A stretch of 64,000 nucleotides of DNA from Macrostomum lignano. Lineage: Eukaryota. The position numbers were made by a program, and so were the translations under genes. The stretch is taken from the NCBI GenBank assembly GCA_002269645.1, contig NIVC01000158.1:1-64000 (forward strand), given 5' to 3'. Within the stretch, counting starts at the first letter, position 1; each line of letters begins with the position of its first letter. This document shows positions 34,708 to 48,874 of this stretch, piece after piece. The notes under the pieces are model-generated. The model was given only the letters and a program-made list of their open reading frames with translations. It was not told where the DNA came from and made no database searches.

Positions 34708-37700
34708 TCAGGTTAGGCATGGCAGAGCAGCTCACACACAAATAACACAATATTCGCATAACACACAAATACTCAATATTCATTAATGCCTAGATGCATA
34801 TGGGTATGAGTGTGCATAGGGTGACACATTTGCATCAAAACATGCAGTCTGGTGTTGCATTTTTTTAATTGCAAAAATGGTTTGTTTTTAAAAAATAAGG
34901 CAATTAATAAAACAAGTCATCGATATAACAATAATTGTAAGCTATATAAGATATGCAGCTGTATCAGCTACATATGTTAAGCCTATCATTCATATAATGA
35001 AAATTTAAGTCACTTTGTCAAAAAGCAAATGGGAAGGACCTAGGCATTAGTCACTCTGTTAACCACCAGTAAAGTCGCCCCAACACTTTGGTCACTTCGT
35101 CAACTGAGTTGACGAAATGCCAGTTGACAAAATGACCATCACCCGGCAATGCAGCAAGTGATAAGCAAGACCCAGCATTTAGTTGAGACAACATTTTTTA
35201 TTCTAGAATAGAAATCTGGTATTAATGAGACTAAAAGAAAAAAATTAGGAGTATAAAAGCTGTATATATTTGAAAAATTTTCTTTAAGTGCAACTAAGGC
35301 TCTTTGCACTGGCTAGTACATGCTTAAAATGTGTAGATGGCTTGCTTGTTGATATCACTTGGTAAAAGTGGTAGAGCAATTTGCTAGCAATAGAAGTCTT
35401 ATACTTTGTCATTATCAATATAAGCTTGCATAAGATAAAAAAGCTAGCCACATAGCTAAATATCAAAGAAGATAGAACAAATCATACTCTATGCTATAGT
35501 TTCAAATTCAATGAGAATTTTTTTAGGTTTTGCAAAAGGCCTATAGCCCTGCAGCTTGACAGGGATATTTGGTATCTTGGCAGCAACACCTTGTAGCTCA
35601 ATAGCCATGTTTAATGGCTTGACTGCAATTTGCAGGTCAACTGCAAACTTTAACTGTGGGTCACAGACTTGATAGTGCTAGTCAAAAAATATTTGCCCTC
35701 AGATACTGATAGTTACAAGCAGTTATGCAATTCCATCTTAATTAATTTACATAGGAAATTTTAATATTCAATAATAATTTAACACTAAATGATTAAATTA
35801 ATTAATTAATATACTTTTTAACTCAATGCAATGCATTTATAGGCTATGTATAGGCCATGTTGCCTGTTGGCACAAGGGACATATATATTGTGGCTATAAT
35901 TGCTTGTGAATCCATTGTATAGCTGCTTATGTCCACTAAAGGAAATGGCCAAACTATTAATTGTTTTAAGGATATTTGCTTTACGAGCGTATCTTTATAA
36001 ATCTTACTACTAATTCCACAAAGTTGTAATAGTCTATACTTCTTTTCCACTATTGAGCCACCAGAAGTTGAATCAACAATAAAAACATTCTAATTATAAC
36101 AATTTTTTTCTGATGTAGGATTTAAGATGTCAATGCTCACAAAATAATTGCAAGCCAGGTCAATGCTTAGGCTATAAGAGAATTGCTAAGATACAAAATA
36201 TCAAGTGGGAGTTGCTTTTAGACCAAGTACTGAATAAAGAGTTAGGGTTAATGTTAGATTAGGCTTTTTGTCATGGCTTAAAAAAGTTTCTAAGGTCCCA
36301 AGACTCAAATAAATGCTGATATATTAGGCTAAAAAGTTAGATTTCAAAGTTGCTAAATATATAAAGCTTTCTTGAGTTTATTAATATATTTTTTATTTAA
36401 TATTTTTTACTATCTTTATTTAGTGAATGTCCCAAATTAATGAAAATTACAAGGGCAAGACCAATCAGTTAATTTTCTGGATCTCTTGACTGCCTCCTTC
36501 AGTTCCTTTTGGCATTGTTTCTTTTAGCTAATAAGCATTTTAGTGATTTTAGATGCAGTGCCAATAGCAGTTTAAGTCTTGAGATTGTGGCAGACTTGGA
36601 ATGTCAATCAGAAATGCCAAAGTAAAAGGGCTAAACATTAAAAGCACTAGGCTTAGGCATATTGGATAGAAACTATAGTGGAATGGAATTGAAAACAACA
36701 TGAACTATTATATGTCTACATACCCATTGAGGGTGATGGGGCCTATACAACTAAGTGGTGATGTAGGGCAGGAAAAAAAGAAAGAAAGAAATAAGGCTTG
36801 TTGCTTGAGGAAAGGAGCATAAGCTAGTGCATACCCCTACCCATTGGCCACTATGTGTTATTTATTCTTATACAGTATGTACATTGTTTTCAAGGGTATA
36901 GATAGCAATGGTACCCTCTAGCTCTAGCTTTTAGGCTTAGCTCCCAAGACTCAAAAAGCCAAAGCCCAACACCCGAACACTTATTTAAAATTGAAAAGTG
37001 GCATATGCAGTATCATACTAAAAGGTGGGGGCTTTGGGGGCCTAGTAATAGTTATATTTTTATTGATATATTGATTCATTATTATGTTTTGCTTTTAATG
37101 AATGAGCTGATTTGAAATTAATTGTTTCAAAAAAATTTTTGCATTGTAACTCATCATCAATCATTGGCAAGAGGTTTATGAGAGTATTTAAATGCAAGAT
37201 TCATCATGAGTACTTGACTCAATAATACTCAAAGCACAAGTACTCAACCCTACTTTTCTAATACTTGATCTCAAAAAAATTCTATTATATTTCTTAGTAC
37301 TTAAGTAATTGAGTTGAGCCAAGTAGTCAATAGAATTAGTAGCCCATTTTATGATAACTTGTAATGTAAGTGTTTGTACTATTGTATTCTAAGAAAAAAT
37401 TAAAGTCTATACTTTAAACAAAAGTTTCATTTACAAGTATTTATCAATTTGCACTACAGGGGGTCTCTGGTGTTTTTTGTGCCTAATTTGTGCCCTTGCC
37501 ACATTTTTCCCAAATGTAACAAATTATTTTAAGGCTAGGTGCCACATTGGCACATATTAATTTTCAATTCAGCACATCTTTTTCGAGTTTGAGTTGTAAA
37601 TTTGGAAAACCTTTATTTTCATTTTTTGTTTGAATCTTTTCCTATAAATTTGTTATAAATAAACCTTAGACCTTATAAATAAGTTTGTTCGTACATTTGT

Positions 37701-38014
37701 GACAGTGTGATTAAAAATCATATGAAAAAACCCTGGGGGGTCCCTAATGCACCTGGTCCACAGCTATGACACATATTGAGGTCCTTGATACACAATTTTT
37801 TTGCTGAATTTGTTATGAAATATAAAATTATTTGTATGTTTTATATAGCTTTATTTTATGGGTTGGGACACAGTGATAATGCACAGATGGCATATAGTAG
37901 GTAACACACAGACACAGATTGTATCTTTAGTAGTAATATACAATATAATAAATAGCCAATAATAATAACTGCTGCAACACGGACAGCTGTGTGACAGCTT
38001 CTCAGCCTAGATAA

Positions 38015-41000
38015 ATGTCGTCCAAGGACAAAGACCGCAAAGGTGGCAGCGGCGGCAGCACCAAGGATAGCAAGAAGGGCGGCAAGCTGAGCCATCTGTT
38101 TCGCGGCGGCACCCCGAAACCCGACGCTATTGAAGACCAGCGGCCGCCAGCCAGCGATCATGTTGACGCCCCCGCTCCGCCTAGCGCCTCGGCCAATGCC
38201 TCCTCAAACTCTAAAGTGGAATTCTCCAAAGAAGAGCTTGAGCAAGGCGTCTCCGAGATGGTTAAAGACTTAAACCTGGACGCTAAATCGTTTCTAAACA
38301 AAGACAAAGGCGCCCTGGCTATTATGCTGCAGAACTACCGAGAGTACAAGCAGTCCAAAGGCGACTCCGGGCCCTATGCTGGCATTGTAAAGAAGCTCAG
38401 TAAACCCGACAGCCTGTCGCTGGAAGAGCTTGAAAAGAATGTCAGCCAACTGCGCGTCATGCTTGGCACGCTAACCATCACTGACATTAAAGGCTTTGCC
38501 GAGTGCAGCGGCCTGCAGACTCTCATGGCCGTGTTAGAATCCTGCATTAAGGGTATTGTTCATAGTAGCGAGGCTGGCAAACTGCCAACCTACGATGGTA
38601 AAACTAGTCCAGCAAGTCCTTGGTACAAGGTGTGCTACAATACCCTGCTGTGCGTTAGGAAGTTTTGCGACAATAGTTTCGGCATGACGCATCTGCTGCG
38701 GCATCCCAAGGTGAGTTGGGCTGGGAGACGATTGAGGCAGTGTACAAAGGGATTCGGGATTAAGCTGCGGTGAGGATCAGGATGGAAGATGGGACAGGCT
38801 GGTGGAATGGGGGATTAAATAGGAAGGGTGAAGGACTAGATAGGGAGAGAGGGATGCCGGGATGTTGGTTGGATAGGAGATTAAAGATCGGGGGAAGCAT
38901 GATTAGATAGGAAGAATACATGATTAGTGAGGATACATTATTAGATATGAAGGATAAATGACTAGATAGGACGATACTTGACTAGATAGAGAGGATACAT
39001 GAGTAGATAAGGAAGATACATGACTAGATAGAGAGGATACATGAGTAGATAAGGAAGATACATGACTAGATAGAGAGGATACATGAGTAGATAAGGAAGA
39101 TACATGACTAGATAGAGAGGATACATGAGTATATAGGGAAGATACATGACTAGATAGGATACATGACTGGGTAGGGAGGATGCATGATTAGATGTTGAGG
39201 ATATATGATTAGTGAGGATAGATGACTAGATATGGCTTGAATAATTTAATTCGCAGTAATTTGGGTCTTTGAATGTAAAATAACAAACATAATGTCTGAC
39301 ATTTAAAACTCTGTTGGTGGTGGTCGGATGTTGGTGGAGAAGCCCAATCCAGTAAAAAAGGTTGTTTTGAGTAATAAAGAAGTTAATGGGATTGCTAGGA
39401 TAGCTGTTTAGTTAGGAAAGAAAATGAATTAGACGGTAGACGTCACGGTGATTATGGTTCACTTCGCCAACCTTGCTCAAGGTCGTGTCCACCATAGTGG
39501 AGTCGCTCAACATCGTGCCCTTCCTGGCGCCGAACGAGTACGCTGTTGGCAGCTGCATATTCGAAATCATGTCGTCATTTCTATTCTATTACAAGTCTAA
39601 AACACAGGAGCTTGAAAGAAACAAGGTGGAGAATGTTAACACCATAGTATTGCGAGCTTTCAGCACTTCCCGGAATCTGCAGGCCGATAGCAGCAACAGG
39701 TTCTTTCCAATCAAGAATACCCTGGATAAAACCTGTTCGCTGCTTAACCGGCCTGAATTAGGCGACGAATTGCGAGTGAAAGTGTACGAATTGACCCGCG
39801 ATTGCCTGCTGTTTATTAACACGCTGATTGACAGCTGCGACGATGTCGACCATCGAATGGCTGTACGAACCGAACTGTGGTCTCTGGTGCTCAAGGACCG
39901 CTGGAAGGTGCTTGAGAGCACACTGTCAAAGGCGCCAGATGGATCCTGCCGCACCCAGTTCGACATCTTTCAGGACAAGGGCGACCAAGTAAGTTTTGTT
40001 GCTTGAATGTACTTTTTGGGCAGACCTTCTCTGCCACCGCTGCCCCAGTTCTCTGCCACAGCTGCCCCAGACCTCTGCCACCGCTGCCCCAGACCTCTGC
40101 CACCGCTGCCCCAGACCTCTGCCACCGCTGCCCCAGACCTTCTCTGCCACCGCTGCCCCAGTTCTTCTCTGCCACCGCTGCCCCAGTTCTTCTCTGCCAC
40201 AGCTGCCCCAGTTCTTCTCTGCCACAGCTGCCCCAGTTCTTCTCTGCCACCGCTGCCCCAGACCTTCTCTGCCACCGCTGCCCCAGTTCTTCTCTGCCAC
40301 CGCTGCCCCAGACCTTCTCTGCCACCGCTGCCCCAGTTCTTCTCTGCCACCGCTGCCCCAGTTCTTCTCTGCCACCGCTGCCTCAGACCTTCTCTGCCAC
40401 CGCTGCCCAGACCTTCTCTGCCACCGCTGCCCCAGACCTCTGCCACCGCTGCCCCAGACCTTCTCTGCCACAGCTGCCCCAGACCTTCTCTGCCACAGCT
40501 GCCCCAGTTCTTCTCTGCCACAGCTGCCCCAGTTCTTCTCTGCCACAGCTGCCCCAGTTCTTCTCTGCCACAGCTGCCTCAGACCTTCTCTGCCACCGCT
40601 GCCCAGACCTTCTCTGCCACCGCTGCCCCAGACCTCTGCCACCGCTGCCCCAGACCTTCTCTGCCACAGCTGCCCCAGTTCTTCTCTGCCACAGCTGCCC
40701 CAGTTCTTCTCTGCCACAGCTGCCCCAGTTCTTCTCTGCCACAGCTGCCCCAGTTCTTCTCTGCCACAGCTGCCCCAGTTCTTCTCTGCCACCGCTGCCC
40801 CAGTGGTCACCCCTGCCCCAGTGGTCACCCCTGCCCCAGTGGTCACCCCTGCCCCAGTGGTCACCCCTGCCCCAGTCCTTCAGTGGTCACATTTTTAAAG
40901 GTAAATCGTGCGCTGTAATGGTGATGCCATTCGATTAGCATAGTATGCTTTGATTATGGTTATTCAGAATTGGTTTCATTACAATTTTATTGTGGAGATT

Positions 41001-44000
41001 CTATTTAGTAGTAAATGTCAAATCTAAGCTATATTCAGGTAATTGATAGTCTTATCAATATTTAGCATTCCTAGGCTAAGTGCAGTATAATTCTATAAAT
41101 ATAGAACTTGTAGGCTGTATTAAAAGCTATAAAAAATACGCACAGCGCCTGCTTTCATTATCGCTTGTATCCGATATACATCAGACTTTTTTGTGTAGCA
41201 TATTTGAATATTTACTGACTAGTGCTATTCTGTTAGTTAAAGTAATGCGTCTGTAATAGCATAGCAACAGCGATTAATTATGCTAGGCTGTTTATTTTCT
41301 ATAGTTTGTTTATTTCCATCCGTAGTCCCAGTCAGCTTTTGATGCCCAGCCCTAAATAGCTATGCGAATAATTTCATGATTAATGAATTAATTAATATGT
41401 CAGGATGCCTCGGAGATCAGCGAACGTTTCGACGGCTGTCTGTCAAACACGGAGATGAACGATCCCAGATTCTGTTTCGATTTGCTCTGGCGCTCGCTTG
41501 AGGGCACCGAAGCTGATTGGTTTTTTAAAAGTATTCTCCAACACCTGCTCTACGTGCCGTTCAACAATTATCAGAAAGACTATTTCAAGCTGTTTGAGGA
41601 GTTGATATCGCAGCTGGTGTTGACTAAGGATGGCACTTATCCAGACTTCAGGTGCGTCCTTTGGGGAGTGCAGCAGCTTCTGCAGTGTACAGTGGGAGTG
41701 CAGTAGCTTATGCAGTGTACAGGGGGAGTGCAGTAGCTTCTGCAGTGTACAGGGGGAGTGCAGCAGCTTCTGCAGTGTACAGGGGGAGTGCAGTAGCTTA
41801 TGCAGTGTACAGGGGGAGTGCAGCAGCTTCTGCAGTGTACAGTGGGAGTGCAGTAGCTTATGCAGTGTACAGGGGGAGTGCAGTAGCTTCTGCAGTGTAC
41901 AGGGGGAGTGCAGCAGCTTCTGCAGTGTACAGGGGGAGTGCAGCAGCTTCTGCAGTGTACAGGGGGAGTGCAGTAGCTTATGCAGTGTACAGGGGGAGTG
42001 CAGCAGCTTCTGCAGTGTACAGGGGGAGTGCAGTAGCTTATGCAGTGTACAGGGGGAGTGCAGTAGCTTCTGCAGTGTACAGGGGGAGTGCAGCAGCTTC
42101 TGCAGTGTACAGGGGGAGTGCAGTAGCTTATGCAGTGTACAGGGGGAGTGCAGCAGCTTCTGCAGTGTACAGTGGGAGTGCAGTAGCTTATGCAGTGTAC
42201 AGGGGGAGTGCAGTAGCTTCTGCAGTGTACAGGGGGAGTGCAGCAGCTTCTGCAGTGTACAGGGGGAGTGCAGTAGCTTATGCAGTGTACAGGGGAGTGC
42301 AGTAGCTTCTGCAGTGTACAGGGGGAGTGCAGCAGCTTCTGCAGTGTACAGGGGGAGTGCAGTAGCTTATGCAGTGTACAGGGGGAGTGCAGTAGCTTCT
42401 GCAGTGTACAGGGGGAGTGCAGCAGCTTCTGCAGTGTACAGTGGGAGTGCAGTAGCTTATGCAGTGTACAGGGGGAGTGCAGCAGCTTCTGCAGTGTACA
42501 GTGGGAGTGCAGCAGCTTCTGCAGTCTACAGGGGGAGTGCAGTAGCTTCTGCAGTGGGCAGGGGGAGTGCAGTGGACGGGCCAAATATTCTGCATACTGA
42601 ATCTACGAACTCCCTTATTGCCACTGATCCCAGGTCGCGAGATTTGCGCACTTTTTTCGACTTCGACGCGATCAAGAGGGAGATGGTTACCATGGAGGAG
42701 CAGGAGCGGGAGCGGCTGCAGGCCAAGCTGCAAGAGAAAATCAAGCTGGAAGAATGCGATCGGGAGGCCACTCTGCAGGCTCTACGTGACAAGGCCGCAA
42801 ATTTGGAGGCGCAACTTGAAGAGGCCCGCAGCCGCCTGCGCGAAATTCAAGCTGGCGCCGCCGCTACAGGCACCGGTGCAACTGGGACTGCTGTACCTCC
42901 GCCGCCTCCGGGACCGCCTCCGCCCCGCCTGGTGGCGCTCCGCCTCCGCCACCACCGCCTCCGCCGCCTCCTCCGCCGCCGCCACCACCACCTGGCGGCG
43001 GCCCGCCACCTGCGCCTCCGCCCCCGCCACCTCCCGGCGGTGGTCCGCCACCTGCGCCTCCGCCGCCGCCACCTCCCGGCGGTGGCCCACCACCCCCGCC
43101 GCCGCCTCCGCCTCCGCCTGGCGTCCCAGGCGCTCCACCGCCGCCTCCGCCGCCCGGCGGCCTGGCCGGCTTCCTTGGCTTTAACAAGCCGCCAGCCCTG
43201 CCGCACGGTCTCAAAAGCAAGCCGGACTATCAGCTGGCTAATCCGACTAAGCGGCTTAACTGGCAGGCGGTGAATCCTAGAGAATTGAGCAAGGATTCTA
43301 TCTGGGTTCAGATTGGCAACGCTGAGCAGGAGTTCAGCGATCCCCAGCTGGTTAGCCAACTTGGCGAGCTCTTCTCCACGAAGCCGCCGCCGAAGAAGCT
43401 AGCAGCTGGCGACGATGGCGGCGCTGGAGGCGGCAGCGGCGCAGGTGGTGGCGGCAAGTCTAACAACAAGAAGACCAAAGAGTGCCGCGTACTCGACCCG
43501 AAATCTGCCCAAAACCTGGCCATCACGCTCGGCTCGCTGCGCCTGTCATTCGAAGAGATCAAGCGTCGTATTGTTGAATGCGACGAGGAGCGATTGTCGC
43601 TTGGCCAGGTTGAGCTGTTGCTCAAATCCCTGCCAGAGCCGAGCGATATGAAAAAGATCTCGGCTCTGAAAGTTGAATACGACGATCTGGCCGAGCCGGA
43701 ACAGTTTCTGCACTGCCTGGCCGAGGTGAAGAATGCCAGAAATCGGCTGGAGAGTTTGCAATTCAAATTGCAATTTTCTGACCAGTTGGAGGAAGTCAAG
43801 CCAAGCTTTATGGCCGTCACCGACTGTTTGAAGGTTAATTGATTCTTAAATGAAATTATGTGCTTACGCTCGGTCGCGACATTTAATTATGCTATAAGAA
43901 AACTATTAGCTCGAAATAGTCACGTTGCATGCCACCCCAACTAAACGCAGACCGCACGCCCCAGACCAGCCACCCACCCCAACTGAACGCCATAAAACCC

Positions 44001-47000
44001 CCCGCACAGCCACCCACCACCCTAACTAAACGTCATACCCCCTCCTCACAGAGCCACCCAACCCAACTGAACGCCATAAACCACCCCCACCCCAACTGAA
44101 CGCCATAAAACCCCACAGAGCCACCCACCCCAACTGAACGCCATAAACCACCCCCACCCCAACTGAACGCCATAAAACCCCACAGAGCCACCCACCCCAA
44201 CTGAACGCCATAAAACCCCCACAGAGCCACCCAACCCAACTGAACGCCATAAACCACCCCCACGCCAACTGAACGCCATAAAACCCCACAGAGCCACCCA
44301 CCCCAACTGAACGCCATAAACCACCCCCACCCCAACTGAACGCCATAAAACCCCACAGAGCCACCCACCCCAACTGAACGCCATAAACCACCCCCACCCC
44401 AACTGAACGCCATAAAACCCCACAGAGCCACCCACCCCAACTGAACGCCATAAAACCCCCACAGAGCCACCCACCCCAACTGAACGCCATAAAACACCCC
44501 ACACAGCCACCCACCCCAACTGAACGCCATAAAACCCTCACATAGCCACCCACCCCAATTGAACGCCATAAAACCCCCCCACACAGCCACCCACCCCAAC
44601 TGAACGCCATAAAACCCCCCCACACAGCCACCCACCCCAACTGAACGCCATAAAACTCCCACAGAGCCACCCACCCCAACTGAACGCCATAAACCCCCCC
44701 AACAGACAGCCACCCCAAACGGGTCCATGAGAAATGCCCGCAGACGAATTGCCCGCCGAGCTTTTCCCGCTGAGATTTGCCCGCAGTGCATTTTGCCTGT
44801 GAGCGAATTGCCCGTGGAGATTTGCCCGCCGAGGTTTGCCCGCAATGCTTTTTCCCTGCAGCGCATTTGGCAGCTATAAGATTCTGTCTGCATTGCCCCC
44901 CCCTCCCAAAAAAATGCATTTGATATGCAGTTACTATCAAAACGTTTGATCATGTAAATCTCTTTATTAATACTACTAAGCATTGGGGAGGCAATCCAGA
45001 CAAAATCTGCTGCATGGCCACCCCAAACTCACCGCAGCCTATAAACATTCCCAGATCGTCTCTTGCCTCCTTAATCGAAATAGTTTCGCTGTCGTAAACC
45101 AAAAAACGAAAGGCGCGAAAAAAACATTTACCAGCTAAAGTCCAAAGGGGATGTGAACTTAAGCTCCAGAATGGAGCTCGAATGAGGCCAGCAGACCAAA
45201 CCGACTGGAATCGATAACTTGTCGGCCCAGATGACTATAACCGTCTGGAAAAATCTCCGCAGGGTTCTAACGTTTAGGCAAATTAGAAAAAATATTCTTG
45301 GTAAAATCGCATATAAATATTGATCTCACACTTCTGATGCTTGCGAATCGGTTTTCAAAACTATAAATAAGAATGTCGTCGAAAAATACCATAATATAAA
45401 GATTTTCTGAGGGGGGGAGGGGGCGGATCCAACTGCTTGGATTAGCAGAGGGAGGGTGGAGTAAAGCGGGCTTGGATTCTTTGCGAAAATTCTATTGGTA
45501 CTCCCGAACAATTTTTTGCGGGTCACCTCCTAAGGTGGGGGGGGGGGTGACCGCTTCCCCACCCGCCAGCCCGAGTGGCGCTGATGGCACCTTATGGTCT
45601 TGGGCAATTAGATCGTAAAAAAGTCGCGGCCTAAACCAAAAACTGTAATGTGAGGGCCATTGACTCGCTTCTTGGTTTCCAAAATAATCACTATCCTTAA
45701 CATGGCTTAAGGGCTGCATAACACTGCGCGTCCTTGAGATAAACTCTAGAGCCTTAAGTTCACATGAAATCCCCATTTATCCCATTTCTTCCCCAGGACC
45801 CAGTAGAATAGACTCGGGTGGGATGTGTCAGCGTTTGTAGTCATCTGGGCCGACAAGTTATCGATTCCAGTCGGTTTGGTCTGCTGGCCTCATTCGAGCT
45901 TCATTCTGGAGCTTAAGTTCACATCCCCTTTTATGACACACAATTTTCAGGTAATCCGCACTAGCCAACGCTTCAAGCAGGTCATTCTGGCTATTCTCAC
46001 CTTCGGCAATATAATGAATGCGGGCTCGCGCAATCAAAAGAGTCTGGGTTTCGACATCACATTTCTCACTAAGCTGACTGGCACCAAAGACACGGAGAAC
46101 AAGCGAACACTGATGAATGTTCTAGTTGAAACTTTAGAAAGCAAATCGCCTGACGTATTGAATTTTCCCGAAGATTTCGAACTGCTGGATCAGGCGGCTC
46201 GCGTCACCGAGGAAAGCCTGGACGAACAGCTGCGGGACATTGTTGAAAAGTGCAAACGGCTTGGCAACGATTTGAAGAGCTTCAAACCTGTGGGACCAAC
46301 CGACAGATTCCAGGAAGCTATGGAACCGTTCCACAAGCAGGTGAAAGATCAAATAGACATTTTGCAATCATTGCAAAAGCAGATGAAGGACAGCTTTAAA
46401 GAGGTTAGCGAATACCTCACGTTTAATCCGGCTAAATATCATATGGAGGATCTGCTGGCTGATCTGAAGACCTTCAGAGATAAGTTCCAGGAGGCTAAGG
46501 TGCAAAATGAGGAGATGAGGCGTGCTCAGGTGAGAATCTTTTTATTTTATTATTATTTTTAAAGTAGAGAGTGGAGAGCGGCAATAGATAAATTTTCTTG
46601 AGAGAGAATCACGTGACACACTTATCCATGTACAGGATTTAATGTACATTTAAATTTGCATTAGCCTTATGTCCAAAACAACGTGAGGCAATAAAATCGG
46701 GGGATCAAGAACTGATAATAGTGATATTGACCAAACATTCGCTGTTGTTTTATAAATAGTGCATAAAAATGCTAAACGCGCTACTACTTTTTCCTGTTAT
46801 TAGTAGGCAAGTAACGAATATTGCCAACTTAATTCCACTGCGTTACCTATTTTCTAATCCAGGAGCGCATCGCCAAGGCCAAGGAGGAGAAGGAGCGGCG
46901 CGAGCGCGAGAAAGCCGCCAGACAGCAGCGCCAGCTGGGCGGCCCCGTCAAAGGCGGCGGCGGCCTTGGCGACGATGGCGGCGCCAGTGCCAACGAGGAC

Positions 47001-47234
47001 GAAGGTCTGGTTGACAATCTGTTGGAGGCGTTAAAGAGCGGCAAAGCTTTCCAGACGCCGGGCCGGACGAGGGCAAAACGGACGCCGCGGCAGGGCGCCG
47101 AGAGGCGCGCCCATCTGGCGCGGGCCACTTCGCGCGGCGACCTGTCTGGAGGCGGCGTTCTGGACGCCGTTGTTAAGGAGTTGGCGTTTGATGACACCCC
47201 AGAGCAGTCGAAAGTTGCGGTTGGAGACAATTAA
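38015..47234 (+). CDS. DIAPH: Diaphanous-related formin (GBD/FH3, coiled coil, FH1, FH2, DAD), ~1200 aa; apparent 1-nt deletion at the start of FH1
   Basis: Exons 38015-38710, 39482-39988, 41404-41651, 42634-43833, 45951-46529 and 46863-47234. FH3 motifs are [11 protein letters not shown] and [25 protein letters not shown]1 is poly-Pro. FH2 motifs are [21 protein letters not shown] and [11 protein letters not shown]. The DAD reads [16 protein letters not shown] followed by a basic patch. Confidence 0.95.
38925..39230. repeat. 21-bp unit / 42-bp dimer minisatellite (GATACATGACTAGATAGAGAG-GATACATGAGTAGATAAGGAA), formin intron 1
   Basis: Directly visible. Confidence 0.9.
40020..40880. repeat. 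22-25-bp minisatellite (CTCTGCCACCGCTGCCCCAG[ACC/TTC]TT), ending in 18-bp GGTCACCCCTGCCCCAGT units, formin intron 2
   Basis: Directly visible; source of six spurious ORFs. Confidence 0.95.
41662..42572. repeat. 30-bp minisatellite (GGGGGAGTGCAGYAGCTTMTGCAGTGTACA), ~30 units, formin intron 3
   Basis: Directly visible. Confidence 0.97.
43955..44725. repeat. 27/38-bp C-rich minisatellite (CCCCAACTGAACGCCATAAAACCCCACAGAGCCACCCA), formin intron 4
   Basis: Directly visible. Confidence 0.93.
45144..45931. mobile_element. Young MITE with 94-bp near-perfect TIRs (AAAGGGGATGTGAACTTAAGCTCC...)
   Basis: 45144-45237 versus the reverse complement of 45838-45931 shows one mismatch. No coding capacity and no clear TSD. 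Confidence 0.88.
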
Positions 47235-47274
47235 ACTGCTTAATAGCGGGGGTTGCGCTGTCCACTGCGCCTCT

Positions 47275-47626
47275 GGCAGACAGACAGACTGACAAACAGA
47301 CAGACACACAGGCAGACACACAGGCAGACAGACAGACACAGTCAGACAGACAGACAGACTGACAAGCAGACAGACACACAGGCAGACAGACAGACAGTCA
47401 GACAGACAGACAAGCAGACAGACAGACAGACAGACAGACACAGACAGACAGACACACAGGCAGACAGACAGACAGTCAGACAGACACACAGGCAGACAGA
47501 CAGACAGACAGGCAGACAGACAGACAGACAGACACACAGGCAGACAGACAGACAGTCAGACAGACAGACAGGCAGACAGACACAGACAGACAGACACAGT
47601 CAGACAGACAGACAGACAGACAGACA
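47275..47626. repeat. Interrupted (CAGA)n microsatellite just after the formin stop codon
   Basis: Directly visible. Confidence 0.95.
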
Positions 47627-48874
47627 CCAAGCCCACATTCGAGGGTTCTGCTGAACCCCTTTTAAAAAAATTGCTGCTTATTTTTAGCTCATGCGAAAGA
47701 AATGTTTATTAGTGCCCAAAGTGGCCGGCCGATCATCCCGGACTGTAAATCTGGTGTCACTTTGCTGCGCTGTTTTGCAACGAATTCATCACTGCTTCGC
47801 CTTTCAGTATTAGGGATTCAACAATTTTTGTTATAATAATAGGAATAATGAGGAATTAAGTAAAATAATGTTTTGTTAGCCAATTTATGATGTCAATTCT
47901 ACGTATTGATAATTTCTCTTCGTTCAATATTTGCAATTAACTACTGATGAGTAGGAGAGTCAGGAAATCTTGTTAAATTTTGTCTGTTTTTTTAACACTA
48001 TGTAAAAACAATAACGATTTTTCTTTACAACTTTGCATGCCAGCATGTAGTTCAAGCCGATGTAATTAGTTTCTCCAATTAAATAATTATTTTAACTAAC
48101 CAAATTTGCATAAAATGCGTATTTCTAAAAAAATAATCATTCCTTACCTAGAAAGTTAATTTGCTTTATTTTTTATTTATTTGCTTAACGACTTCCACCA
48201 GGACTTCCATTAGGCGAAATTTCAAACCATTTATTTTAATTTTGGCATGATTTATTTTTTACTCACTTATACAAGGCGTCCCGTGCCATTAAATGCTTGA
48301 TTGTCGCCTAATTTCAATATAACTACTTAGCGCTACTAATCTTCCTACTGTTAGTAGCCAAGTTGCTGATTTTTAACTGCAAATTCCGGTGTTAACGAAA
48401 AAATGTTTCGTTAAGCCAATTAATTGCGGAAGGACAAGATAAATGATTTTCAGAATTGTACACAAGCGCTCTTGTTATGTTAACCGTATATTAATTAATA
48501 ACTTTACATATCTGCAATAGCTGAAAACTAATTTGCTTTAATATTTAGCGTGTTACTGTATTGCTATTAAATTCTTACTTCACTCAACTGCGTATATCAA
48601 TCAGTAAACAAATAACTATGTAGATAATTATCCAATATCAAGCACTTAAGTGCTGAAATGGAATTTATTAAAAATTGCTGTTTTCTGAAAGTTATCTTCC
48701 TCATAAATAATTCCTGAAATTCCCTTGTCATTTCGGGGTAATCTCGGCTATTGACCGGATATCCCATGTCTTAGAAATGGCCCAGAAATATTGGCAAATT
48801 CCATAGATGTATCTCAGAAATGACCTTGAGTTAAAGGGAAATTCGATTTCTCATAAATTAAGACATTAGACATT

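Noticed and set aside
39891-40938. Six overlapping ORFs on both strands
   Set aside because: Stop-poor GC-rich minisatellite in formin intron 2.
42782-43359. Minus-strand poly-Gly/Arg ORFs
   Set aside because: Antisense shadows of the FH1 poly-Pro tract.
44026-44983. Hydrophobic W/G/V-rich ORFs resembling membrane proteins
   Set aside because: Antisense translation of the C-rich intronic array.
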